A stretch of 64,000 bases of DNA from Octopus vulgaris (Eukaryota): contig OX597828.1 of NCBI GenBank assembly GCA_951406725.2, forward strand, positions 45,880,001 to 45,944,000, given 5' to 3'. The position numbers were made by a program, and so were the translations under genes. This document shows positions 52,080 to 64,000 of the stretch, in pieces. A model generated the notes under the pieces. That model saw nothing but the letters and a program-made list of their open reading frames with translations. It had not been told where the DNA came from and ran no database searches. How positions within the stretch are numbered: the first letter of the stretch is position 1; each line of letters starts with the position of its first letter.

Positions 52080-52727
52080 GATAAAATGACTAAATTGTGG
52101 TTGTTAAGTCCCCATGAAGGGGTCTTTCTAATTTGTAAGAAGATGAAATTTTATAAATATTACTTCACTTGTATCTAATATGTATGGTTAAAATTTCATC
52201 AACTGTAAACATATATGAATTGCCATGGGGGTTATGGCCCTTATGCATAGAATATAATTTCCAAATTTCCTAAAGATCCATACAGTACTTTTGACCTAGT
52301 TTTGTATCATAAAAGAAATGACTAAAATTTGGGAGTTAAAGCCCCCATTGGGGTTTCTTGTAATCCTCATGTGAAATGGAAACTTTGAGAATACTTCTTG
52401 ATGTGAGTCAATTACCCATGGTTGAAATTTCATCAACATCGAAAATTTATGAATTTTCATGGGGCTTCTGCCCTTTTTAAGCCATCTGAAATTCAAACCA
52501 AACATATTGCATTATACCCCCCCCACCTTATGCATTGAACCTAAGTTTCAAATATCATAAGGATCCAATCAGTAATTTTGGTCCATGAAATTGTATAAAA
52601 CATACAGCTTTACCATTCTCCCTAGTCTTGGATTCTGTGTTCCAAATTTCTTTATGATCGGTGCAGCAGTTTTCGAATGTCTAAGTAACACATGAACACA
52701 TAAAGACATTGACTTTAATATAATAGA
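52080..52727 (-). mobile_element. Possible Helitron-related non-autonomous fragment with diverged internal repeats
   Basis: Minus strand starts A|TCTATTATATTAAAG; recurring AAATTTCATCAAC..CATGGGG units at ~52190 and ~52425; no clear 3' hairpin and CTAG. Confidence 0.4.
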
Positions 52728-52753
52728 TATGAAGGTGCACATATACATACATG

Positions 52754-52803
<50 letters not shown>

Positions 52804-52813
52804 CGTGCATGTG

Positions 52814-52846
<33 letters not shown>

Positions 52847-52848
<2 letters not shown>

Positions 52849-53093
52849 CACTTTGATCACTTTGACCGACCAGTCCGTCAGGCGTCCATTTGACACCGCT
52901 GGTCACAGCACGCTGTCCACTCCTCTCTGGATCGCGCTTTTCTCATCCATGTGATCCCAATCGTCCTCTTGAAATCGTCACTCCACCGTCGTGGAGGTCT
53001 TCCGGGTGGTCTTTTCCGCTCACGCGGGCGGGTACAACCCGACAACTGCGTGCGCCCACCGATTATCGGTGAGCCGGGCGACGTGTCCAGCCC

Positions 53094-53094
<1 letters not shown>
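52847..53094 (-). mobile_element. RTE-clade LINE 3' end with (CAAAGTGAT)2 tail
   Basis: WAGHVARLTDNRWAHAVV../RERKRPPGRPPRRWSDDF..W...ARSREEW. Confidence 0.9.
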
Positions 53095-53151
<57 letters not shown>

Positions 53152-53763
53152 ATATATATATAATAAACCTTTACATAAATAAATAACGTGAAATACACGA
53201 AGGGACGAACAAAAAGACAAACGGGTCATTCAAAGCCTTCATTCTTCAGTCAGAAACTGATTCCTCATCGCGGATTTCGGCTGTTTAATTCTGAGATCCG
53301 CTCTGAATCAGCCAGCCACAGAAGGAAAGAATGCAACGCAACAGAGACGAACATGAAACAAAAAAATCTTTTTGGGAGGCAGTAACGGTTAAAAACATTG
53401 ATGACACAGGCGCCCTACGGCTTTGAGACAAACAGAGACACAAAAACAATATCAGCAAGCGTGGAAAAATAATTACCTTTTCGGTGATGAGACACATGTT
53501 GAACAAGCGGCCGATGGCAACAGAATGGCTGAGGCAGCAAGTCGCAAGAGGGTAAGAGAGAGAAGGGGGTAAGAGACAGAAGGGGGTAAAGAGAGAGGGG
53601 ACCAAGGAGGGTGAAAGGCGAGGACAGAAGCAGTGACCAAAAGAGAGAGGGAGAGAAGGAATCAGAGAAGAAGCAGTGACCAAGAGAGAGAGGGAGAGAA
53701 GGAATCAGAGAGGGTGGGAGAAAAAGGCGCCAAAACAATTTATATATATATATATATATATAC

Positions 53764-53809
<46 letters not shown>

Positions 53810-54619
53810 GTATTATGTATGTATGCATCTATATATAAAATAGTATTGAGGCCAAGCGTATAAGTACACTAGCTTTGCCACATGCTTTAAGAAGACGATT
53901 GTCTCGAAGGAACCATAAAATTATCGCAATAAATACGCGTCGATTTCGGACAAATAAAGGAAAAAGATTAATGGAAATGTTTTGTTATATATCAATTGAT
54001 TTCACGATTAAAGGGTAACCACCTTTTTTCCGTCATCAGCGTAATATAACGCAGTACACATAAGGACCAACAATCATACTTACCCCACGAGCTCAACGGC
54101 TTCACCCCGTAAATAAAAGTGTTCGTACTTATATACAAATGAAAATTCAGAAATCAGTTTCGTTTATTTTCAGCCACGTGAGAATAACATATCTATCAGC
54201 AGTGAATAATTTTGGTCTATGTGAAATTATATATATTCTTAATATATTTTTAAAATTCAGGATAAAATCTATATATGATTTAGGTAGCATGTAATATATA
54301 AAGTAAAGGGTATTTGCCAACATAATGCGGTTGTCTCGAAAGGGACGATGCTACCGTTGTTTTAGCCCCAACAAACATCGTCCCTCTCGGGACAGTAACA
54401 TTAGGTGAGAAAACAGCCTTTACTTTAAAGAACTGTCACTGAATATCTCTCTTTGAGATATTTAGATATAATGATATTTCTATTTTATATGTATATATAA
54501 AACGAGTAAATAATTATTCACCGAGGGATTCTAACAAGAATAAAACATAACCAGATTTGCAGAGTTGTCCTCCCTTGATATTTCGACGTCTGAGTACTAG
54601 TCCGCCAACGTTCTAATTA

Positions 54620-54660
<41 letters not shown>

Positions 54661-54666
54661 CTCTCT

Positions 54667-54704
<38 letters not shown>

Positions 54705-54732
54705 TTCTGTTTATCTATCTATCTATATATAT

Positions 54733-54800
<68 letters not shown>

Positions 54801-56204
54801 ATGCATGTTTGTGTGTATGTATGTATGTATGTATGTATGTATGTATGTATGTATGTATGTATGTATGAACTACCAATTGCAAAAACAAAAACTGAGAATG
54901 GCTTGCCTCTTTTCACAACATAAAAAGGCATATATATCAGCATGAAAGTTAAAACAATGGTGTCATATAATATCTATACTTGTTAGAGAGAGAGAGAGTT
55001 CTGACTATATTGTAAATAAACAGTTACCAAGTTCGATCGAGTAACTAAATCCTACCAGAAAATATTAATTGTTCATTAAGATATATGTCTTGAATATTTT
55101 TTAAAAATTGTTTGGCGGAAATAAAACTGCCGCAGAATTTCCCGTAAGAACATTCATTTTTTGACTGAAGGGAAATAGTGCTTTAATTAAGAACTGAAAT
55201 CTCAAGCAGTGTATTTTCTCCTCTGTCTTTCTCTATCTCTATCTATCTCTCTGTCTCTCTGTCTGTCTCCGTCTCTCTGTCTTTCTGTCATTCTGTCTCT
55301 CCCTCCTCTCTCTCTCAATTTCGATCTTTCAGTTCCTAGGAGAGACTATTCCCCGACCACTAGCACGTAACCTGACCGAAGAAGAAAGAGAAAAATCTCA
55401 AATTTTACTGCTAGGCGGAGATTTTTTAAGTGGTAAGCGGTTTAATATATCAAATACCAACAAAATAACGTCGTTCAAGATTGCTGTTAATATCAATTTC
55501 AGATCATATATTAAGGAATTAAATCACATTAATTCACCTACTTTCCTAGTACACACACACACACATACACACACATATATATACATATATATATATGCAT
55601 ATATATATATATATATATATAAATATATATATATATACACGTACATATATATATATATATACATACATACATACATACATATATATACATTATACATATA
55701 TATGTTTATGTGAATATATGTATGTATATATATATATATATGTACGTGTATATATATATATATTTATATACATATTTATATTCACAAGTATATGTATATA
55801 TAGAGAATACATCAATCCATACACACATGCATACGTACCTACATACATACATACATACATACATACATACATACATACATACATGCATACATACACACAC
55901 TGTTGACTTGCCCTGACTCAGCGACAAAAATGATTAGTGATATAATGTAATACATTAGATGAAGTTGTTCATATATTTTATTAAACACGTTTACATATAT
56001 GTCAATATGGGTGGGGTGACAATGTGTGTGCCGTAGCCTGATACATTATAAATGCTACTAATGTATTTATGTACGTTTCTGGGTATGTGTGTGCGTGTAT
56101 GTGTGCGTGTGCATATGTGTGTGTGTATGCATGTCTCTATGTGTTTTAGCCTGTGTATGCGTATTTATATTTGCGCGCGTTGATCTAAGTGATTATAAGT
56201 TATA

Positions 56205-56581
56205 TATCATCGTCATCATCGTCTTCATCTCACCGTCGTCGCAATTGTCGTCTGCATCGTCATCACCGGTCATCGTCCTTGTCATCGTTTTCATCTTCTT
56301 CGTCTGTCATCGTCATTGCTGTCGGCATCATCATCGTCGTCGTCGTCGTCGTCCTCGTCATCATCGTCATCGCAGTCATCATCACCAGCATCATCATCTT
56401 CCACATCGTTGTCGTTGTCGTCATCAACATCGTCTTCGTCGTCATCGTTGTCGCCGCCGATGTCGACATCGTTCTCGTTGTCGTAATCATCGTTGTCGTC
56501 GTCGTCATCGTCATCATCATCGTCGTCATCGTTGTTGTCATCGTCTTCGCCATCATCACCATCATCATGATCATGATCATG

Positions 56582-56615
<34 letters not shown>

Positions 56616-56745
56616 CCAACCCTAGTCATCAACTTCTTCATCATCATCGTCGTCATTGTTCTGTCATCGTTTTCGCCATCATCATCATCATCATCATCAT
56701 CATCATTATCATCATCATCATCATCCTCATCATCCTCATCACCAA
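56205..56745 (+). repeat. (CAT)n/(CGT)n low-complexity tract
   Basis: Directly visible. Confidence 0.95.
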
Positions 56746-57900
56746 CCCTGGCCTCTCTTGTACCCTAGGAATCAAAGAGCCATTTTCCAGGTTTCCATGA
56801 CATATAAATTACTCGGATCACAGTATTTCCCCCCTGAACGTGACCTCAGTTCGTCACAAGGTCATTCATTCATTCATTCATTCACAGCTTGATGTTTTGG
56901 AATTACTCGAAATACAGCATTTTGCTCACGTACACAGGTAATTCATCGGTCCGGGAATCGAAACCACTATCCTGCGTTCGTGTGAGCAATATCCTAACCA
57001 TTCAGCCATGCGCCTTTCGCTTATACATTACACATGTACATTGATATATATACAGTGAAGGCACAAGGTGTAGTCGCTGGAACTTGGGGATCGCGATCAT
57101 AAGATCTTGGGTTTGATTTCGGACAACGCGGCACATTGTGTCATTGAGCAAGTCGCCTCATTTCCTATTTTTCTATTCTACTCAAACGAAAACGTGTATC
57201 AGCTTAGTACTACTGGTACTTCACCCCTCTCACTTCCTCATTCGTTCTCTCTCTGTTTCTCTTTCTCTCTGTCTCTCTGTCTCTGTCTCTGTCTCTCACT
57301 CACTCTCCCCCTTTCTCTCTTCCTCTCTGCAGCTACCACCCTGCTCCATGGTCGGAGGGATTGCGCAGGTGTCTGTGTTCCTTCGGGACTACATAGGTCA
57401 CACAGTGGTATTTGTAGAGTAAAATTTTTAGCAATGGGTTAAGAGCAGTTTCTATTTCTAGCATGCCAAGCGACCACGTAGATGCTTCCTCATCGTTGAC
57501 TCACAGGACTAGTACAGAATATGCGTTATAACTAAGATGTTGTAGAGTCTGTTAGTGTAACGAAAGAGATAATATGAGAGGTGAGTAGAGAGAGTTATTG
57601 TATGGTTAAGAGAGTTAATGCCTTGTAGCTAGGAGAGCTAGAGGTTGAAACTGTATGTTAAGGGTTGTATGGAATGGGATTAGAGAGAGACTGGGAGGAG
57701 CAGTGTTCATCAAGCATTTTTCACATATGGATCTATTTGGTTCCTGTCTTACTCAAGTGGGCCCTCATAACCATTCAATGCTTTAAGATCCTAATCTATT
57801 TTTATAAATAGATATAAGGAAGTGTATTAAAAAATGGTTGTTCGTATATTTTGCATATCGTGGAAGGAGAATCAATTTATTGCCCATAATCTTTTACAAC

Positions 57901-58330
57901 AGGCGCAGGAGTGGCTGTGTGGTAAGTAGCTCGCTAACCAACCACATGGTTCCGGGTTCAGTCCCAATGCGTGGCATCTTGGGCAAGTGTCTTCTACTAT
58001 AGCCCGGGGCCGACCAATGCCTTGTAAGTGGATTTGGTAGACGGGAACTGAAAGAAGCCTGTCGTATATATGTTTATATATATATATGTGTGTGTGTCTG
58101 TGTATGTGTGTGTGTTTGTGTGTCTGTGTTTGTCCCCCTAGCATTGTTTGACAACCGATGCTGGTGTGTTTACATCCCCGTCACTTAGCGGTTCGGCAAA
58201 AGAGACCGATAGAATAAGTACTGGGCTTACAAAGAATAAGTCCCGGGGTCGATTTGCTCGACTAAAGGCGGCGCTCCAGCATGGCCACAGTCAAATGACT
58301 GAAACAAGTAAAAGAATAAAATAAAAGAGT
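57901..58330 (+). mobile_element. SINE family A, full length
   Basis: High identity to 46632-47046. Confidence 0.93.
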
Positions 58331-58761
58331 AAAGCCCCACAAGAGTCATGTGGACCCTGGTTGCGAGTCCCTGGGCTAGGGTAAAGGCTGTAACATGAGT
58401 CGGAAAGAGAACAGAAATGGATGGTACGTGGTATCGTTTAAGGTGGGTACAGAGAGGATGTATGGGTAAGGTTTGTGAAAAGCAAATTGGGTAGAAGAAA
58501 TAAGTGTAGGCTACATGTTATAGACGGAGGAAGCATATGGCGAGGGTTGCAGTAAGAGGTAAAGAGAGAGTAAGGAGTTAGGAGATTTAAAGTGAAGGAG
58601 AGGGAGAGACGATGTATGATAAGAGCAGTAGTTGAAACTGATTCAAGTGAGGTCCAGCAAAGGCTGTGGGGACTGGTGATTAAAGAATGGTGTTGGACAA
58701 AGTCTATATTTAGCGGTGGGTAAAGAATGATGGTGTAAGTTAAGAGTTGTATTTAAAGGGG

Positions 58762-58825
<64 letters not shown>

Positions 58826-59191
58826 ATGAATGATAAGGGTTGTAGTTAAAAGTCATTCAAAAGCGGTATAACAAGGACTGACGGAACAGCTGATTAAAGA
58901 ATGGTAATGTTGAATAAAGGTTATGCTTAGAGGCGGGTTTAGAGAAATAGTGTATGCTGAAGTTTGATGAAAAATACGCGTGTTACAATAGTGAAAGTGT
59001 TGAATATGGATATGAGGCGTTTTAGCATAGTCACTACGGCGCCGTTTATTTGACGTCGCTGAGACGACGCTGTCCTGTTTGACATCAGACCTTTTCATGC
59101 TTCACTCATACACCCCACCCAGTCTGTTTGTCAGGTTTGTCTGTTTGTCTGTTTGTCTGTCTCTATCTGTCTGTCTCTCTCTATCTGTCTG

Positions 59192-59223
<32 letters not shown>

Positions 59224-59593
59224 TCTCTGTTGTATATGAGCATATTTCGCTTTATGCGTATGAGGAGAGGGAACGTGACTATGTCAATCGTGTTCAATTC
59301 AAATAAAGTTATATCTCTCAATTATTCCCTCTCTCTCTCTCTCATTCAATCTCTATATCTATGTTTATATTTCTGCGCAGGTGTTTATGTAGTGCGTGTA
59401 GCGTGTATGTATGTGCATCTATGTTTGTGTTTGTTTACCTCCAGTACTGAAATTATTGTCCATAAAGCACGTTGACTGCCCAGTCAGCCGTGCCAGATCT
59501 TCAGCGTCCAAACAGCTGCGCCCAATATTCTCACGCCAGTGGAACAGGTAGCAATAAGCAGTAAAGTGAAGAAAGTGTTATAGTTTAAAACTG

Positions 59594-59969
59594 TGGAGGC
59601 GCAATGGCCCAGTGGTTAGGGCAGTGGACTCGCGGTCGTAGGATCGCGGTTTCGATTCCCAGACCAGGCGTTGTGAGTGTTTATTGAGCGAAAACACCTA
59701 AAGCTCCACGAGGTTCCGGCAGGGATGGTGGTGATCCCTGCTGTACTCTTTCATCACAACTTTCTCTCACTCTTACTTCCTGTTTCTCTTGTACCTGTAT
59801 TTCAAAGGGCCGGCCTTCTCACTCTCTGTGTCACGCTGAATATCCCCGAGAACTACGTTAAGGGTACACGTGTCTGTGGAGTGCTCCTTACACGTTAATT
59901 TCACGAGCAGGCTGTTCCGTTGATCGGATCAACCGGAACCCTCATCGTCGTAACCGACGGAGTGCTTCC
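59594..59969 (+). mobile_element. SINE family C, full length, TSD ATAGTTTAAAACTGTG
   Basis: Direct repeat at ~59580 and ~59972. Confidence 0.94.
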
Positions 59970-61004
59970 ACATAGTTTAAAACTGTGTAGCTGTGAAAGA
60001 TTTGGATAAATTGCTTGAATTGTAGAGTGAAGTTAGTAGCATAAATATAAGTAAAGAATTATTGTGTAGAGCAGAGAACGATTGGCAACGTAGAGTTCCG
60101 GTAATAGTAGCAGAAGTGTAGATAATGATGGCATTGAGCAGCAAGATGTATGTAACGACGTTGTAGAATAATAGTTACCGAGAGAATTTTGTGAAAGCAT
60201 GGTAAAGTACTGTAGTATGTAGAAGATAGATGTGGTTTAATAACGGCGGAGTCGAGAAAAGAACAGAAAAAAAGGAGACGAATTGAGGAGAAAGGTTTGC
60301 GGTGGGGGCATCAAGAGTTGTGTAAACAGGTTGGATTGCGGTGAGAGAGCTCTGATAAAAGGGTGGCTGGGTACAGATGTAAGCAAAATAACGGGTAGGT
60401 AGGTAGGTATGGAGATAGGTAGAAAAATAGGTGGAAAGATAGGAGGGTAGGAAGATATTAAATTTGGGGTAGACAGATAGGCAGTAATGAAGGTAGGAAG
60501 ATAGGTAAGGAGAGAGTGAAGGATAGGGGCGGAATTAGGTAAGTAGATAAGTGAGAGAGAGAAAGAAGGAGGGCAGAGAGAGAGAGAGGGAAATAAAAAA
60601 GGGGCGGGAGGGAGATAGGTAAAGTAAAGGAGGGGTAGAAGGGTTGCTTGTGTTTGCGATAAATGTTTCACTTGGTGTTTCTGGTTGACTAACGAGTATT
60701 CTGCGTAGTATTAGCAATTTGATAAGGAAATCTGGTAATCGCAACTACAGACCACAGACAGCATATGCATGCAGACGTATACACACTCATACATACAAAT
60801 AGGTATATACAGGCCTATGTGTGTGTGCTTGTGTGTGCTTGCTTGTATGTGTGATTGTGTGCATGTGTGTGTAAGTATATATTTGTATATATATGAATAG
60901 GGAGAAAGGTCTATATGTATATGTGTGTGTGTGTGTGTATAAATATATACATACATGCATAAATAACATTATGCGCGCGCACATATCTACATAGGTACAA
61001 ATGA

Positions 61005-61052
<48 letters not shown>

Positions 61053-61213
61053 AATATATCACTACATTCGTATGTGTAAGTTGCATAGTGTATACGTATA
61101 GATGATATACATCTCTGTATGCAGGCTATATGTAAGCATGAATACATGCCTACACACACATATATGTATATGCATGCGTATATATATATATATATATATA
61201 TTGTGTGTGTGTT

Positions 61214-61362
<149 letters not shown>

Positions 61363-61364
61363 CA

Positions 61365-61396
<32 letters not shown>

Positions 61397-61557
61397 CTTC
61401 AATGAACGAAAATGAAGATATGGTCCATTTTCATATTGCTTGCAACGACCTCGATATGAATATACCTGAAGCAAATAAAACATGCTGTCAAGGTCCCTAC
61501 AAGTTTTCAAGGAAAATATGTAACATAACTTCAGTAAATCTACAAGTCGCCTTATAC

Positions 61558-61672
<115 letters not shown>

Positions 61673-61697
61673 GATAGATAGATAGATAGATAGATAG

Positions 61698-62048
61698 ATG
61701 GAGGTGCAATGGCCCAGTGGTTATGCCAGCGGATTCGCGGTCGTAGGATCGCGGTTTCGATTCCCAGCTGATTATTGAACAGAAACACCTAAAGCCCCTC
61801 CAGGGTTCGGTAGGGATAGGTGACGAACCCTCCTGTACTCTTTCACCACAACTCTTAGTCTTTCTTCCTGTTTTTTTTGTACCTATATTTCAAAGGGCCA
61901 ACTTTGTCACACTCTGTGTCACACTGAAACTACGCTAAGAGAACAGGTGTCTGTGGAGTACTCAGCCACTTGCACGTTTATTATACGAGGAGGCTGTTCT
62001 GCTGATCGGATCAACTGGACCCTTCGTCGTCGTAACTGACGGAGTGCC
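61698..62048 (+). mobile_element. SINE family C, diverged
   Basis: Collinear with 25224-25608, with deletions. Confidence 0.87.
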
Positions 62049-62798
62049 ACGATATATACATATATATATATATAGCTTTGTATAAATTTGGAATTCAATA
62101 AAAGAACAAAATCTCTCTACCCATTTCATACAGAGAAAATTCCTTTCAACAGTATAATATATAACTTAATAAAAAAAAATATACACAATTGTCATCGCGT
62201 GATGACTATTATTCGAGATACGTAGACGCCCTTCATTGGGTTTCAAATGTTAAAATATCACAAAGGTTATGGCTTAAACTTGCACACTTCTTTGGCCTTT
62301 ATTTGACAACTGGAGTTAGTTTGTTTACCAACACATAACTTAGCGGTTTGGCCAAGGAAGCCGATGGAATAAATATCAGATTTTTTTCTACTAATGCCCT
62401 TCAAGGAGTTGCTCCAGCATGGTCGCAATCAGGATGAAAAGGATGAAAAAATAAAGGATGAAAAACAAACCTGGACATTAATATTTAACAATATCTTGCG
62501 TATTCGAGTAGCATAAACATTGATCGTATCTGATTATTTGCCAGACTATTGACGAGATGAAAGAACGTATGCTACATCTTGTATTAAATGACTAAATAAA
62601 TTTAACGTCTTTCATTGGTTAATGTTTTAAAAGAAAGGTGAATGATCTTGTAAAACTTTCACGCCAAAAATTCACTCTTTTTCTCAGTTTCCCCCACGAT
62701 TTTATTGCGTGAGGGAATTTGTAAAAAAAAATATTCAAATCACTTGAAATTTTCTTTGGCAATAATTATTATTATTTCAACAGATTCATCCATAACGT

Positions 62799-63275
62799 GT
62801 TAGGGTGGCGGACTCGCAGTTGTAGGATCGCGGTTTCGATTCCCAGTCTAGGCATTGTGAGTGCTTATTCAGCGAAAACACCTAAAGCTCCACGAGGCTC
62901 CGGCAGTGGGTGGTAGTGAACCCTGCTGTACTCTTTCACCACAACTTTCTCTCACTCTTTCTTCCTGTTTCTGTTGTACCTGTATTTCAAAGGGCCAGCC
63001 TTGTCACACTCTGTGTCACGCTGAATCTCTCCGAGACCCACGTTAAGGGTACACGTGTCTGTGGAGTGCTCAGCCACATGTACGTTAATAAATGAGCTGG
63101 TGCCAAGCTGTATCTGTTGTTGTCTTTCCCTTGGATAGCGTCAGTGGCGTGGTGAGAGTAGGCTTGTATACATGGGCGACTGCTGGTCTTCCATAAACAA
63201 TTTTGCCCAGATTTGTACCTCGGAAGGTAACTTTCTAGGTGCAATCCCATGGTCATTCATGACCGTAAGGGGGTC
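62799..63275 (+). mobile_element. SINE family C (to ~63088) joined to a family D 3' half (63096-63275)
   Basis: C body followed by CTGGTGCCAAGCTGTATC..CCCTTGGATA..CTAGGTGCAATCCCATGGTCA. Confidence 0.82.
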
Positions 63276-63635
63276 ACAACACAACAATCTATAACACGTT
63301 TTAGATGACAACACACGCTTAAACGAAATCACCATGATTACTTTACATCCTAGTTCACCTACACTTTTCATAATATTTCGTTTATATTGTTATGACATTT
63401 ATTACACTAGCGAGAAAAGTTATCTAGATAAATTGATATATCATTTGAATAATTTTACTGTAAGAAAAATACAATCACAACACAGATAAATAATTAAATA
63501 ATCCAGAAGATATTAGACAAATTAAGTGTGATACATTGAAAGATTTTCTTTTGAATCCTAGTAAGGCCTAAGACGGATCATCATAGGTTGATCCAAGATT
63601 AAACGGTATGTGTGTCTTTATATATGTATATATAA

Positions 63636-63867
63636 AGGCGGCGAGCTGGCAGAAACGTTAGCACGCCGGGCGAAATGCTTAGCCGTATTTCGTCTGTCGT
63701 TACGTTCTGAGTTCAAATTCCGCCGAGGTCGACTTTGCCTTTCATCCTTTCGGAGTCGATAAATTAAGTACCAGTTACGCACTGGGGTCGATGTAATCGA
63801 CTTAATACCTATGTCTGTCCTTGTTTGTCCCCTCTGTGTTTAGCCCCTTGTGGGTAGTAAAGAAATA
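63636..63867 (+). mobile_element. SINE family B, full length, imperfect ~28-bp TSD beginning GGTAT; a family A tail fragment lies at 63931-64000
   Basis: Near-identical to 42718-42950. Confidence 0.94.
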
Positions 63868-64000
63868 GGTATATGTCTCTGTATATGTACAAATATGTGT
63901 GTGTGTGTGTGTGTGTGTACATGTACATAATCTTTTACTTGTTTCAGTCACATGACTGTGGCCATGCTGGAGCACCACCTTTAGTCGAGCAGATCGACCC

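Overview
Eukaryotic, AT-rich, microsatellite-saturated DNA with no recognisable host protein-coding gene. Almost every ORF in the track is a translated simple repeat or SINE. The tRNA-derived SINE families and the (AT)n/(AAT)n/(GATA)n landscape suggest an octopus intron or intergenic region; this is an inference. Readable content: (1) a decayed Penelope-like retroelement (RT plus C-terminal GIY-YIG, ~3607-5963, minus strand) with a well-formed type I hammerhead ribozyme fold at its 3' end, and further hammerhead-like remnants elsewhere, including a pair inside a 400-bp palindrome; (2) 3' fragments of Tx1/L1, R4/Dong (three tandem copies), RTE and CR1 LINEs, each beside a microsatellite; (3) maT (DD37D) and rosa-like Tc1/mariner transposase relics; (4) a non-autonomous Helitron; (5) several palindromic MITE-like hairpins and a 1.7-kb TTC/GAA foldback; (6) about 35 copies or fragments of four SINE families, labelled A-D here. 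The most interesting inference is that SINE family B shares its 3' tail with the Tx1 LINE in this window, repeatedly sits at (C)GGTAT sites, and carries that site internally, which would explain its head-less tandem multimers. Coordinates were read by eye and may be off by a few bases.
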